In this document: in pieces, positions 51,489-61,534 of the stretch
Numbering within the stretch: position 1 is the stretch's first letter
Layout: every line of letters begins with the position of its first letter
Origin: an uncultured Acidobacteriota bacterium
Lineage (GTDB): Bacteria > Acidobacteriota > Thermoanaerobaculia > UBA5066 > Gp7-AA6
Direction: 5' to 3'
Assembly (NCBI GenBank): GCA_963733955.1
Contig: CAVTEW010000003.1
Span: forward strand, 3,104,037-3,168,036
Length of the DNA stretch: 64,000 nucleotides
Position numbers and translations under genes: made by a program
Notes under the pieces: model-generated
The model's database searches: none
Told to the model about the DNA's origin: nothing
The model's input: the letters and a program-made list of their open reading frames with translations, nothing else

Positions 51489-52676
51489 ATGTCGAACCGG
51501 ACGGAGGACATTGCGTCCCTGCTGGCGCGAATCCCTGACCGGGCGGTGCGGGACCTCTTCACGCCGGAGTTCGTCCTCTGCTGCGAGGAGTTCGACCGGT
51601 TCACCACCGACATGGTGCTCTCCGTGGTCGCGCGGCTCGATCTCGAGACCGCGCTCGGGCGCGGCGCGGCGGTCGGAGAGCTCGTCTCGCAGAAGGGCTG
51701 GTCCCCGCGCGCGGAGGTCCCGCTGACCTGGTTCCTGCGCAAGCTCGCCGCGGAGCGGATGCTCGACGTCGAAGGCGCGGGCGCCGGGGCGGTCTACCGG
51801 GCCCGCGGCCCCCTCCCGCCCGGGGATCCGGACCGCTGGGAGGCCCGGGCGCGCGCGATCGATCCGCGTTCGCTCCCGCCCTTCGCGGTGGTCCGGGCCA
51901 TGGTCGAGCACGTCGGAGAGTTCCTGCGCGGCGAGAAGACCGGCGAGGAGATCCTGTTCGCCCCGGCGCGCCTGCCCCTCTGGTTCGACTATTTCTCCAA
52001 CGACAACCTCCTCTACCAGATCAACAACCGGCTCGGCGCGGAAGCGGTCGCCCGGGCGCTTCCGGCGACGCGGCCGGCGACGGTCGTCGAGATCGGCGGA
52101 GGCTCCGGCTCCGCGGCCGCGGCGGTGGCCGAGCGGCTGGCCCGGGATGCAGCGGCGTCGCGGATCGGGCGCTACGTCTTCACCGAGATCGTTCCGACGT
52201 TTCTGCGCCGCGCCGAGCGTTCCCTCCGGAGCCGCTTCCCCGACCTCCCCTTCGAGTTCCTGCGCCTGGACATGGACCGCGACTTCGCCGAGCAGGGCGT
52301 CGCGCCGGGAATCGCCGACGTGGTCTACGCGGTCAACACCGTTCACATCGCCAAGGATCTGGGAACGGTCCTGGCGCGCATCCGGGAGGTCTTGAAGCCC
52401 GGAGGAGCGGCGATTTTTTCCGAGTGCGTGCGGCCCTTCCTCGGCCAGCCGATCTACGTCGAGTTCGTCTTCAACTTCCTGGAGAACTTCACCGGCGTCG
52501 CGACCGACGCGGCCACGCGGCCCAACCACGGCTTCCTGACTCCCGCCAACTGGCGCGATGCGCTGCGCGCCGCGGGCTTCGAGGCTCCCGAGATCCTCCC
52601 CGACGTGGAGGAGCTGGCCCGCCACTACGACGCGTTCTTCGTGGCCGCGGTGACGGCACGGAAGCCGCATTCCTGA
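51489..52676 (+). CDS. class I SAM-dependent methyltransferase
   Basis: VVEIGGGSGSAA glycine-rich SAM loop. ATAGAAT lies 7 nt upstream of the ATG. Confidence 0.7.
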   Translation: MSNRTEDIASLLARIPDRAVRDLFTPEFVLCCEEFDRFTTDMVLSVVARLDLETALGRGAAVGELVSQKGWSPRAEVPLTWFLRKLAAERMLDVEGAGAGAVYRARGPLPPGDPDRWEARARAIDPRSLPPFAVVRAMVEHVGEFLRGEKTGEEILFAPARLPLWFDYFSNDNLLYQINNRLGAEAVARALPATRPATVVEIGGGSGSAAAAVAERLARDAAASRIGRYVFTEIVPTFLRRAERSLRSRFPDLPFEFLRLDMDRDFAEQGVAPGIADVVYAVNTVHIAKDLGTVLARIREVLKPGGAAIFSECVRPFLGQPIYVEFVFNFLENFTGVATDAATRPNHGFLTPANWRDALRAAGFEAPEILPDVEELARHYDAFFVAAVTARKPHS

Positions 52677-52708
52677 ACGCTCCGATGGAGCAGACCAGAG
52701 GAGACGCC

Positions 52709-53203
52709 ATGAAGAAGGAGACCGCCGGCTCGCCCAGCCTGAAGGACGATCCCCGCGAGTGGATCGCCTCCGTATTCACCCGGATCGAGGACGTCGTCTA
52801 CATCTGCCTGGGGCTCCTGCTGGCGGCCTGCGCCGGGGCGCTGCTCGTTTCCGCCGGGTCGAACTTCGTCCGCAGCCTGTCCGCCGGGGGGCTGGGAGAC
52901 CACATCGTCGAGATTCTCGATCAGCTTCTGCTGGTGCTCCTGGTGGTGGAGATCCTCTACACCGTGCTGGTCTCCTTCCGCGAGCACATCCTCGTCCCGG
53001 AGCCGTTTCTGATCATCGGCCTCATCGCGGCGATCCGGCGCGTGCTGCTGGTGACCGCGGAGTTTCCGCGCCTCCTCGAGAAGGGAGACGCGTCCTTCCG
53101 CAATGGAATGATCGAGCTCGGCCTGCTCGGCCTCCTGGTGCTGGCCTTCGTGACCTCGATCGTCCTGCTGCAGCGCCGGGGACACGCCGTCCAACGGACC
53201 TAG
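52709..53203 (+). CDS. PsiE-like phosphate-starvation-inducible membrane protein
   Basis: Four-TM pattern; the ILDQLLLVLLVVEILYTVLVSFREH...LIIGLIAAIRRVLLV helix pair is PsiE-like, similarity by recall only. GAGGAG RBS. Confidence 0.5.
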   Translation: MKKETAGSPSLKDDPREWIASVFTRIEDVVYICLGLLLAACAGALLVSAGSNFVRSLSAGGLGDHIVEILDQLLLVLLVVEILYTVLVSFREHILVPEPFLIIGLIAAIRRVLLVTAEFPRLLEKGDASFRNGMIELGLLGLLVLAFVTSIVLLQRRGHAVQRT

Positions 53204-54198
53204 CCCGGCCCGGCTTTGTTCTTGTCCTTGTCCTTGTCGTTGTCGTTGTCGTTGTCGTTGTCCCGCACGGGCGCCGGCTTGCGGGACGGATCGTCCCAGA
53301 AGGGGTAGAAGCAGTACCACTGGGCGGGATTGGCGCCGACGTATCGCTCCAGCAGCGAGACGTACCGCCCGATGTTGGCCAGGAGCGCGGCGTCCCGGTC
53401 GGGACCGCGGACGATCTCGAGCGGCTCTTCGATGACCGCGCGGTAGCGGGATCCCGCCGTCTCCAGGATGAAGGCGGGCAGCACCGTCGCTTCCGTGGCC
53501 ATCGCGACGCGCAACGGCCCCCGTGGGAAGAACGCCTCCCGGCCGAAGAACGGGACGGGGACGCCGGTGTTGTCGAAATCGCGGTCTCCCTGCATGGCCA
53601 CGATTTCGTTGGCCTCCAGCGCGCGCATGACCGAGAGCGTGGGGACGAAGCTGTGATCGACGGGAATCTCCGTGACGCCGCGGCTTTCGTGGAGCCTGCG
53701 CCGCGCCCGCTCCACGCCGGGAAAGATGTCCGGCACCAGCACGACGTGGATCGGCATCCGGACCTCCGCGAGCATGAAGCTGCCGACCTCCCAGTTTCCC
53801 AGGTGCGCGGTCAAGAGCAGCACGCCCTTGCCGCGCAGCCGCCCTTCGACGATCCGGGAGAAGCCGTCCACGCCTTCGATCAGACGCGCCGCCTCGCGCG
53901 CCGGGCGCATGGCGAAGTGGAGAAAGTCGAACCAGGCCGCGAAGTGGCCCTGAAACATGCCGTCGGCGGCACGCTCTACCGCCGGCGCGGCGGCGGGCTG
54001 TCCCAGGATGATCGAGAGATTCGCATGCACCGCCTGGACGTACTTGGGCCGGGAACGGAAGTAGAGGCGTCCGAGGGTGCGGGCGATCCAGCGCGAGAGC
54101 CGCCGGGGAACGTAGCGGGCGAACGCCAGCGCGGTGGGGAACCAGAAGTAGGACGTCGCGGAGGCGAGCGCGCGCACCAGCCGATTGCGGCTGGACAT
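53200..54198 (-). CDS. lipid A biosynthesis lauroyl/myristoyl acyltransferase family (LpxL/HtrB-like)
   Basis: LLLTAHLGNWEV (HX4D-like acyltransferase motif). Unusual C-terminal DNDNDNDNDKDKDKNK tail. Confidence 0.7.
   Translation of the reverse strand: MSSRNRLVRALASATSYFWFPTALAFARYVPRRLSRWIARTLGRLYFRSRPKYVQAVHANLSIILGQPAAAPAVERAADGMFQGHFAAWFDFLHFAMRPAREAARLIEGVDGFSRIVEGRLRGKGVLLLTAHLGNWEVGSFMLAEVRMPIHVVLVPDIFPGVERARRRLHESRGVTEIPVDHSFVPTLSVMRALEANEIVAMQGDRDFDNTGVPVPFFGREAFFPRGPLRVAMATEATVLPAFILETAGSRYRAVIEEPLEIVRGPDRDAALLANIGRYVSLLERYVGANPAQWYCFYPFWDDPSRKPAPVRDNDNDNDNDKDKDKNKAGPG
53217..53263. repeat. hexamer tandem repeat (GTCCTT)x2-(GTCGTT)x5 inside the 3' end of the lpxL-like gene
   Basis: gttcttgtccttgtccttgtcgttgtcgttgtcgttgtcgttgtcc encodes the (DN)n(DK)n tail on the minus strand. 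Confidence 0.7.
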
Positions 54199-54272
54199 CT
54201 TTTCCTGCACGGAAAGAAGTTATCAGCTCCCCGGCGCGGGCGGACCCGGGCTCGCGCGGGTTAACATCCCGC

Positions 54273-54812
54273 ATGCGCGCGGCGGGGATCCCGGGAATTC
54301 TGGCGCTCCTCGCCTTCCTGGCCTCGCTCGGCTTCGCCCTGGCCGCCGGCCTGTCGGCGCGTAGCGCCGTCGCCGCGAAAATCGACCGGGCCGCCGAGCT
54401 CGAGCAGAACGCGGTGCGGCCCGCGGCGGCCGCGCGCCTGGCTTCGGCGCTCCTGGAGCGGCGGCTCGCGCAGGTGTCCGATCCGGGGTCCCGGGCCGTC
54501 GCGGCGGCGTTCCAGCACTCGCCCGCCGCCCAGGCCCTGGCCGACTACCGCGCGGCCGGAGGCGATCCCGCCGTCGCCGCGGAGGCCGAGAAAACGCTGC
54601 GGTCGGAGAATCCCCCCGGCCCGGACGCGGAGATCGCCTTGATGCGCGCCGTGCGGAAGCTCGCCGCGGAGGGGGCGCGCGCTCCCCGCGCGGGCCGGCC
54701 CGCGCCGCCGCCGGCGGCCTCCCGGAGCGGCCGCTGCCTCCTGGCCGCCGAGGGCGCCGCGGCGGTCGCCGTCCTCCTGGCGTACGCGGCGGGCCGTCGC
54801 GCGGCCGCCTGA
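54273..54812 (+). CDS. hypothetical Ala-rich membrane protein (weak call)
   Basis: N- and C-terminal hydrophobic segments. Fits the gap between the divergent lpxL and the downstream membrane glycosyltransferase-like gene. Confidence 0.3.
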   Translation: MRAAGIPGILALLAFLASLGFALAAGLSARSAVAAKIDRAAELEQNAVRPAAAARLASALLERRLAQVSDPGSRAVAAAFQHSPAAQALADYRAAGGDPAVAAEAEKTLRSENPPGPDAEIALMRAVRKLAAEGARAPRAGRPAPPPAASRSGRCLLAAEGAAAVAVLLAYAAGRRAAA

Positions 54813-54820
54813 TCGCCGGC

Positions 54821-56602
54821 ATGTCCGCGAAGAGACTCGGGCTCGCCGCGCTCCCCTTCGCCGTCTTCCTGCTCCTGACCGCCGTCTCCTGGCAACGCTG
54901 GATCGAGCCCTACGTCGACACCGGGCGCGAGCTCATGGTGCCCTGGCGGATGGCCCACGGGGAAGCGCTCTACCGCGACGTGCGGTTCTACTACGGGCCG
55001 CTCGGCCCGCTCCTCGCCGCGGGGGTCGAGGGCGCCGCAGGCCGTTCGCTCCCGGCCCGGATCCTTCTGGCCGCGGTGGTCGCCCTCGCTCACATCGAGG
55101 CGCTGCGCCGGCTGGCTCTCCGATTCCTGTCCGCCGGTCAGGCCGGCCTGGCCACCGGCCTGGCCGTCGCGGCCGTCTTTTTCCTGCGGCAGGGAGGCTG
55201 CTCGCTCTTTCCCTACAGCCTCGATACGTCCGTGGCCGTCGCCGCGGCAACCTGGGGCCTCGTCCTCTTTCGGTCGCAGGTCCGATGGTTCCTCGGCGTC
55301 CCCGTGCTCGCGGCCCTGCTCGCCCGGCCGGAGACCGGTCTGGCCCTCGCGGGGGTGCTCGTGCTGGCGGAGCTCCTGTCCGGGAATCCCGCGCCGCGTC
55401 GCCGCCCCGTTGCCTGGATGGTCCCTGCGCTCGCCGTGGGGGCCGCCGTTTATGTCTGGTTCTCTCTGGGGACTCCTCTGGCGACGCTGCGCCGCGAAGG
55501 CTGGCTCGCGTTCGTGTCGGTGCCCGACGAGTTTCGAAACGTCTATTCGAGCTTCTCGGGCCTGGACCAGCCGTCGCTGCGCCTGGCCGAGCTGGCCCTG
55601 GTCGGAATCGTCCTGGCCCTGGGAGCGGCCGCCCTGGTCCTGATCGCCCTGGCCGCCTCCCGGGCCGGAGACGCGCGACGCGCCCGCCTCGTTCAGATCG
55701 CCGGCGCCGTGGGACTGGCCGCGATCGGCCTGGTCTGGCTGCGTCCCCCCGAGTGGCTGGTGGCGACACGGGATCTTTTCCCGCCTCTCATTCGGCCCGT
55801 ACCGGTTTTCGTCGCTCTGGCCGCGATCGCGCGGCTCCTCCTGAGGATGCGCAAAGCCGAGGACCGCGGCCCGTTTCGATCGGTACCGGATGAGGCGCTG
55901 CTGCTCGCGACGTATTTCTCCATCCGGTTGATTCTCGCGGCGGGCTATGGAGGCCCCTATGCCGGCTTCTACCTGCCGCTGGCGATCCTGGTGGCGACCG
56001 CCGGAGCCTTCGGCCTGGCCGAGCGCGCGGCCCGATTCCGAGGCTGCGAGGCCCTGCCCGGTCTCCTCGCGGCCTCCGCGGCGATTTTCCTGTCCGGGCG
56101 CGTCCTCGCCCTGGCCGACGCGTACAGGAGACCGGGCTGGTCGCGGATCTCCACTGCGGCGGGAGCGCTCGTCCTGCCCGAGCCCTACGCCACGACCACG
56201 CGATTGGCGCTCGCCGATCTGGCGCGCCGCCTGCCGCCGGGGGGCAGCGCGGTGGGCTTTCCCGAAATCGGATTCCTGCAGTACGCGTTGGGCCTGCGAA
56301 ACCCCTTGCCCCAGGACCAGTTCTTCCCGGGCCACCTGGACCAGCGCGCGCTCGAAGACGCGATCCGACGGATCGAGCTCCGGCCGCCGGACGCCTTCAT
56401 CTACGTCAACGTGCTCACGGTCGGCCAGCGGGCCGCCGCGTTTGGAACCGACTACCTGAGGCCGCTCGACCAGGCGGTTCGGTCCCTCTCGGTGCCGGTG
56501 GCTTCGTACGGCCCGGGAGCGAGCTTCCAATCGCGCATCGGCGATCCGCAGTTCTTCGTGACCATCCGGGTTCCCGCGGCCAGGGTTTCGCCGCCGCGAT
56601 GA
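54821..56602 (+). CDS. polytopic membrane protein, GT39/ArnT/PMT-like glycosyltransferase fold (tentative)
   Basis: 593 aa with more than 10 predicted TM helices, plus an N-terminal loop with conserved Arg/Asp (RDVRFYYGPLGPLL). Assignment by architecture only. Confidence 0.4.
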   Translation: MSAKRLGLAALPFAVFLLLTAVSWQRWIEPYVDTGRELMVPWRMAHGEALYRDVRFYYGPLGPLLAAGVEGAAGRSLPARILLAAVVALAHIEALRRLALRFLSAGQAGLATGLAVAAVFFLRQGGCSLFPYSLDTSVAVAAATWGLVLFRSQVRWFLGVPVLAALLARPETGLALAGVLVLAELLSGNPAPRRRPVAWMVPALAVGAAVYVWFSLGTPLATLRREGWLAFVSVPDEFRNVYSSFSGLDQPSLRLAELALVGIVLALGAAALVLIALAASRAGDARRARLVQIAGAVGLAAIGLVWLRPPEWLVATRDLFPPLIRPVPVFVALAAIARLLLRMRKAEDRGPFRSVPDEALLLATYFSIRLILAAGYGGPYAGFYLPLAILVATAGAFGLAERAARFRGCEALPGLLAASAAIFLSGRVLALADAYRRPGWSRISTAAGALVLPEPYATTTRLALADLARRLPPGGSAVGFPEIGFLQYALGLRNPLPQDQFFPGHLDQRALEDAIRRIELRPPDAFIYVNVLTVGQRAAAFGTDYLRPLDQAVRSLSVPVASYGPGASFQSRIGDPQFFVTIRVPAARVSPPR

Positions 56603-57495
56603 GAATTGACCTGGCGTTGGCCCGGCGCTGGGGCCTGTCCCGGCGGGCGGCGCGCGAGGCGGTGCGCGACGGCCGCGTCGACCTCGACGGCGCGGTCATG
56701 CACGAGCCCGGGCGCGAAGTCTCCGAGAGCGCCGACGTCTCTTACCAACCCGATCGCCCCGTGCGGCGCCGGGTCCGCTCGCGGCTCAACGTGCTCCTCG
56801 AGGAAGACGACTTCGTCGTCGTGGACAAGCCCGCGGGTCTTCTGACCGTTCCGACCGCGGAGCGCGAACGGGAGACGCTGCTGGCGCGGGTGCTCGACTA
56901 TCTCCACCACCGCTACCGGCGGCGGCCAGTCGCGTTCGTGGTCCACCGCATCGACCGGGACACCTCCGGCGCCGTGGTCTTCGCGCGCAATCGGGAAACG
57001 CTCCACGCCCTCCAGGAGCTCTTTCGCCGGCACGCCATCGATCGGGAATACGTGGCGATCGTGGAGGGCGCGCTGTCGGGCCCCGGCAGGTTCGACGCCG
57101 ACCTGGTGCGCGACGGCGGCGATCGCCGAAGAGGGATCGCGCGCGGCTCGGAGCGGGGGCAGCGCGCGGTCACACGGTACCGCGTGCTCGAGCGCCTGGC
57201 CGGATCGACGCTCGTGTCCGTCGAGCTGGAGACCGGACGCACGCACCAGATCCGCGTCCACTTCGCCGGCGCCGGGCACCCGGTCCTGGGAGATCCGGTC
57301 TATCGCCCGCGCGGGATGGGGCCGCCGCCGCTGGAGGCGCCGCGGCAGATGCTTCACGCCCGCCGGCTGGGATTCGTTCATCCCCGCACGGGAGCGCGCG
57401 TGCTCGCGGAGTCTCCGCTTCCGGCGGATTTTGCCGACGCGGTGGCCCGGCTCAAGGCCAAAAGAAAAGCGCCCCGGGATTCCCGGGGCGCTTGA
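56599..57495 (+). CDS. RluA-family pseudouridine synthase (RluD-like) with S4 domain
   Basis: VVHRIDRDTSGAVVFAR catalytic Asp motif. TGRTHQIRVHFA. Confidence 0.85.
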   Translation: MRIDLALARRWGLSRRAAREAVRDGRVDLDGAVMHEPGREVSESADVSYQPDRPVRRRVRSRLNVLLEEDDFVVVDKPAGLLTVPTAERERETLLARVLDYLHHRYRRRPVAFVVHRIDRDTSGAVVFARNRETLHALQELFRRHAIDREYVAIVEGALSGPGRFDADLVRDGGDRRRGIARGSERGQRAVTRYRVLERLAGSTLVSVELETGRTHQIRVHFAGAGHPVLGDPVYRPRGMGPPPLEAPRQMLHARRLGFVHPRTGARVLAESPLPADFADAVARLKAKRKAPRDSRGA

Positions 57496-57516
57496 GTTTC
57501 GGTCGCGTTCGGAGTT

Positions 57517-57541
57517 TCACGCCTCACGCCTCACGCCTCAC
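57517..57541. repeat. family-1 heptamer array (CACGCCT)x3, single arm
   Basis: cacgcctcacgcctcacgcctcacg lies in the convergent rluA/ompA gap. Confidence 0.65.
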
Positions 57542-57556
57542 GGCGCGCGAAGCCCG

Positions 57557-58183
57557 CTAGGCAAGCACGACCACGACCACCCGGCGATTCTTCGCCCGGC
57601 CGGTCTTGGTCTTGTTCGAGTCGACCGGCTCTTCCTGCCCGTAGGAAATGGTGGACATCCGGTTCAGGGCGATCCCCTGCTTGTTGAGGTACCGGCGCAC
57701 CGCCTCCGCCCGCGACTCCCCGAGCTTGTAGTTGTAGTCCTTGGCGCCCGTCGCGTCGGTGTGGCCCTGGATCTCCAGGTAGACGTTCTTGTTCTCCGAC
57801 TTGAGCCGCTCGGAGAAATCCTTGAGCTTGTCCTCCGCCTCCTTGGAGAGCAGATGACCGTTCAACGGGAACTTCACCGCGTCGTCGGACAGGACGAGGG
57901 AATACACGAACTTGCCTTCGGCCAGCTTCCCGGCCGCCTCGGCGCGCTCGAGCGCTTCCCGAGTCGTCTTGTCCAGCTCCGCGATGCGCGAGTCGTGATC
58001 CTTGACCCGGCTCTGCGTCGCCTCGACCTGAGTCTCGACCTCGTTGATCCTCTTCTCCGACGCGGCGCTGCTTTTGGAGACCTCGTCCGAGACATAGCGC
58101 TTCGACGCGCAGCCCGTCAGCCCGGAGATCCCGAGAAGTAGCGCCCCGCCCGCGATCCAGGAGATCCGCCTTCGGTCAACCAT
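57557..58183 (-). CDS. OmpA-family lipoprotein (peptidoglycan-associated)
   Basis: Lipobox LTGC, a coiled-coil linker, and a C-terminal OmpA-like domain (NRRVVVVVL). Confidence 0.8.
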   Translation of the reverse strand: MVDRRRISWIAGGALLLGISGLTGCASKRYVSDEVSKSSAASEKRINEVETQVEATQSRVKDHDSRIAELDKTTREALERAEAAGKLAEGKFVYSLVLSDDAVKFPLNGHLLSKEAEDKLKDFSERLKSENKNVYLEIQGHTDATGAKDYNYKLGESRAEAVRRYLNKQGIALNRMSTISYGQEEPVDSNKTKTGRAKNRRVVVVVLA

Positions 58184-58205
58184 CGAACCCCTCCTTTCCA
58201 AAACG

Positions 58206-59210
58206 TCAACGAACCGCCGCCGGACTCGCCGCGGGCTTCATGCCCGAAGCGGGGGCCGGCGCGCTCCCCCGATATCCACGGCGAGCCCGGATCACGAACC
58301 GACCGGCCTTGGCCACGGACACCATAATGATCCGGTATTTGGGGTCCCCGCGTCCAGAGGGGGCAAACCCCAAAAGGTACTGTTTTCTCACCTCGGCATC
58401 GATTTTCTGGGCCATCGGGCGCAGATCGTCGTCCCCTCCGGCCAGAAACATCTGCCCCCCGCTCGAGGAAGCCAGGATCTTCAAATTTTCCAGCGCCAGG
58501 TCGCGCCGCTCCTCGTCTGTGAGTCGGTCAAACGCCGCATTCTTCATACCGATGGCAAAGACCGGTATGGACACTTCTTGCAGGATTCCTGCCATTTCGA
58601 CCGAACTCAACCGGCTGGCGTTGTCGACGCCGTCGGTGAAGAGCAGGATGGCGCGCTTGCCGTTGCGCCCGGAGAGCATCCGCGAGGGCGTGGCCGCCAC
58701 GGCGTCGAAGAGGGCGGTCCGGCCCGACGCTTCCAGCTGCCCGAGCAGCCGGAGCAGGCGCGCGGGGTCGGCGGAGAAGTCCGCGATCTGGCGCACTTCG
58801 TCTTCGGAAAAGGCGAAGAGCGCGAAATCGTCCCCCGGCCGGCGGCGCGCGATGATCGCGCGGACAGCGTCCTTGGCGTGCTCGAGCTTGTCGGCCAGGC
58901 GCATGCTGCCGGAGGTGTCGATGAGAAACGCGAACGACACCGGCGCGTTGTCGTCCCTCTCGAACGTGTCGACGTTCACGGCGACGCCCTCGACGCGGAC
59001 TCGGAAATCGCCGCGGGAGAGGCCGTCCACGAACCGGCCCTTCGTGTCGAAGACCTGGACCGGCAGGAGGACGTACTCCGAGCCGGTGCTCTCGGAGAAC
59101 GACGGGACCTGGGGCTCCTGCGGCTTGGCCTGCCCCAGAGCCGCCGCCGCGGCGGCCCAGGCGGCCAGCGCCGCGGCCAGCCGGGTCGTTTTCGAAGCCG
59201 GTGTCCTCAT
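58206..59210 (-). CDS. VWA-domain protein (acidobacterial VWFA-related type)
   Basis: Start at MRTPASKTTR (signal). FLIDTSGSM, LFTDGVDN VWA/MIDAS motifs. The long upstream ORF extension is noise. Confidence 0.7.
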   Translation of the reverse strand: MRTPASKTTRLAAALAAWAAAAAALGQAKPQEPQVPSFSESTGSEYVLLPVQVFDTKGRFVDGLSRGDFRVRVEGVAVNVDTFERDDNAPVSFAFLIDTSGSMRLADKLEHAKDAVRAIIARRRPGDDFALFAFSEDEVRQIADFSADPARLLRLLGQLEASGRTALFDAVAATPSRMLSGRNGKRAILLFTDGVDNASRLSSVEMAGILQEVSIPVFAIGMKNAAFDRLTDEERRDLALENLKILASSSGGQMFLAGGDDDLRPMAQKIDAEVRKQYLLGFAPSGRGDPKYRIIMVSVAKAGRFVIRARRGYRGSAPAPASGMKPAASPAAVR

Positions 59211-59252
59211 CTGAGATAGAGAAAGGGTCCCACAACCTGATAATTCCGTGCC

Positions 59253-59993
59253 ATGAGCGATTCGAAACGCTTCGCCGTCGTCCTCGTCAGGCCGCACCTC
59301 TCGTCCAACCTGGGGTCGGTCGCGCGTGTGGGCAAGAATTTCGGGGTCCGGGACCTGCGCCTGGTCGAGCCCGCCGCTCCCGCCGACGAGGACGCCGCCC
59401 GGCTGGCCTCCGGAGCCGACGACATCCTGGCGCAGGCCCGCCGGTATCCGTCCCTGGACGCCGCGGTCGACGAGTTCGGGGTCGTGATGATGACGACGTC
59501 GCTGCGCGGACGAGGCGCGCGCCGCGCCTGCGATCTGCCGGGGCTGCCTCGATTCGTCGCCGACGTCGGGGCGTCCAACCGGATCGCCTTCGTCTTCGGG
59601 CCGGAGAGGAGCGGACTGACCGAGGCGGAGCTCGCCCGGTCTTCCGCTACGCTGACGATCCCGACCGAGGCGACGTTCCCGACCATGAACCTGTCGCACG
59701 CCGTGGCCGTGGTCCTGGCCGCGGCGCTTTATGGCCGGCGGCCGGAGGCGCCCCCGACCGACGCCGTCTGGGCGCCCGCCCGCGAGGTGGAAGGCATGAT
59801 CGATCACTGGGACCGCGCGCTCGACGCGATCGGCTTCTACGACACCGGCCATCGCGCCCGGTCTCTGCGCGACTGGAGGGGACTGGTGGCCGGGCGCCCC
59901 CTGGCCGAGCGCGAGGTGGCGATGCTGCGGGGAGTGGCGAATCGGATCCTGGTCTCCCTCAGGAGAAAGAGGGGCGGAGGGGAGAATTTGTGA
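59253..59993 (+). CDS. SpoU/TrmH-family RNA 2'-O-methyltransferase (TrmJ-like)
   Basis: FAVVLVRPHLSSNLGSVARVGKNFG..., FVFGPERSGLT, NLSHAVAVVL SPOUT motifs. Confidence 0.8.
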   Translation: MSDSKRFAVVLVRPHLSSNLGSVARVGKNFGVRDLRLVEPAAPADEDAARLASGADDILAQARRYPSLDAAVDEFGVVMMTTSLRGRGARRACDLPGLPRFVADVGASNRIAFVFGPERSGLTEAELARSSATLTIPTEATFPTMNLSHAVAVVLAAALYGRRPEAPPTDAVWAPAREVEGMIDHWDRALDAIGFYDTGHRARSLRDWRGLVAGRPLAEREVAMLRGVANRILVSLRRKRGGGENL

Positions 59994-60100
59994 TTTGAGA
60001 TTTGTGATTTGTGATTGCGGCTCGTCGAGACTCGGACCCGGCGAAGACTCGGCCCGGGACAATCGCAAATCGGAAATCGCAATTCACAAATCGCAAATTC
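59985..60100. repeat. family-2 heptamer inverted-repeat element filling the convergent trmJ/ndk gap
   Basis: aatttgtgatttgagatttgtgatttgtgattgcg ... aatcgcaaatcggaaatcgcaattcacaaatcgcaaattc. The left arm includes the trmJ TGA stop. Confidence 0.7.
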
Positions 60101-60102
60101 TT

Positions 60103-60522
60103 CTAGATCAGCTCAGCCTCCGCGAAGAAGAACGCGATCTCCTTGGCAGCGTTCTCCGTGGAGTCGCTGCCGTGGATCGCGTTTCTCTCGATGTCGGTCC
60201 CGTACAAGTTTCTTATTGTACCGGCCTCGGCCTTGCGCGAGTCCGTGGCGCCCATGACCTGGCGCAGCCGGGCCACCGCGTCGGCCCGCTCGAGCGCGGC
60301 CACGAGGACCGGCCCCTCGGTCATGAAGCGGACCAGGGCGTCGTAGAAGGGCCGCTCCCGGTGCACCGCGTAGAAGGCCCGGGCCTGATCCGGCGCGAGA
60401 CGAAGCCTCCTGACCCCGGCGAGGCGGAAGCCCTCCTTCTCCAGGTGGGCCAGGATGGCGCCGGCCTTGCCGGCCGCCATGGCATCGGGTTTGACGATCG
60501 TGAGCGTTGTTTCCATTTTCAC
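60103..60522 (-). CDS. ndk: nucleoside diphosphate kinase
   Basis: TLTIVKPD...NAIHGSD... Confidence 0.9.
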   Translation of the reverse strand: MKMETTLTIVKPDAMAAGKAGAILAHLEKEGFRLAGVRRLRLAPDQARAFYAVHRERPFYDALVRFMTEGPVLVAALERADAVARLRQVMGATDSRKAEAGTIRNLYGTDIERNAIHGSDSTENAAKEIAFFFAEAELI

Positions 60523-60543
60523 TTTCTCGTCACTCGTCTCTCG

Positions 60544-61431
60544 TCACTTTCCCAGCACTTCCTTCATCTTCTGTCCCATCTCGGCTGGCGAGCGCACCAC
60601 ATGCACCCCCGCGGCCCCCAGGGCCTTCATCTTGTCGGCCGCCGTCCCGCGCCCTCCCGCGATGATCGCTCCGGCGTGCCCCATCCGGCGGCCTGCGGGC
60701 GCGGTCTGACCGGCGATGAACGCCACGACCGGTTTTCGAAAGTGCCCGGCGATGAAGCAGGCCGCCTCTTCCTCGGCCATGCCTCCGATCTCACCGATCA
60801 GGATCACCGCGTCCGTGCCCGGATCCTCGCCGAAGGCGCGGAGGCAATCGATGAAGTTCGTGCCGTTGACCGGGTCGCCGCCGATCCCGATGACAGTGGA
60901 CTGGCCCAGGTCCAGGCGGGTCAGCTGATCGACCGCCTCGTACGTCAGCGTGCCGGAGCGCGAGATGACGCCGATCCTGCCGGGCCTGTGGATCCGGCCC
61001 GGCATGATGCCGATCTTGCACTGGCCCGGCGTGATGATGCCCGGGCAGTTGGGCCCGATGAGCCGCACGGGCTTGCCGGCCGCCGCGACGCCGGCCAGAA
61101 ACGCCTTGACCCGGATCATGTCGTTGGTGGGGATCCCCTCGGTGATGCAGGCGATGACCGCCACGCCGGCCTCGGCCGCCTCGACGACCGCGTCGGCGGC
61201 GAAGGGCGGCGGCACGAAGATCATGGAGGCGTTGGCGCCGGTCGCGGCGACCGCGTCGGCCACGGTCGAGAACACCGGGATCCCCTCGTGGGTGGCGCCG
61301 CCCTTGCCCGGCGTGACGCCGGCGACGACCTGCGTGCCGTACTCGCGCGACGCCAGCGCGTGGAACGTCCCCTCGCGGCCGGTCAAGCCCTGGACCAGGA
61401 GGCGCGTCTCGTTGCCGACCCAGATGCTCAT
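60544..61431 (-). CDS. sucD: succinyl-CoA synthetase alpha subunit
   Basis: 295 aa. CoA-binding and His-phosphorylation loop (GHAGAII). Confidence 0.95.
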   Translation of the reverse strand: MSIWVGNETRLLVQGLTGREGTFHALASREYGTQVVAGVTPGKGGATHEGIPVFSTVADAVAATGANASMIFVPPPFAADAVVEAAEAGVAVIACITEGIPTNDMIRVKAFLAGVAAAGKPVRLIGPNCPGIITPGQCKIGIMPGRIHRPGRIGVISRSGTLTYEAVDQLTRLDLGQSTVIGIGGDPVNGTNFIDCLRAFGEDPGTDAVILIGEIGGMAEEEAACFIAGHFRKPVVAFIAGQTAPAGRRMGHAGAIIAGGRGTAADKMKALGAAGVHVVRSPAEMGQKMKEVLGK

Positions 61432-61453
61432 GGGAACACCGGAGCCGGGAAGC

Positions 61454-61526
61454 GGGAGGCGAGAGGCGGTAGGCGGACGAGCAGCCGGGCGGCGCGCCTT
61501 ACGCCTCTCGCCTTACGCCTGACGCG
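61454..61526. repeat. family-1 (variant) heptamer inverted-repeat element between sucC and sucD
   Basis: gggaggcgagaggcggtaggcgg ... gccttacgcctctcgccttacgcctgacgcg. Confidence 0.65.
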
Positions 61527-61534
61527 CGAAGCGC

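Noticed and set aside
49296-52670. 1124-aa minus ORF and 670-aa plus ORF spanning the AlkP-family and methyltransferase genes
   Set aside because: GC-driven open frames crossing two real genes on different strands, with no motifs. They are replaced by 49310-51430 (-) and 51489-52676 (+).
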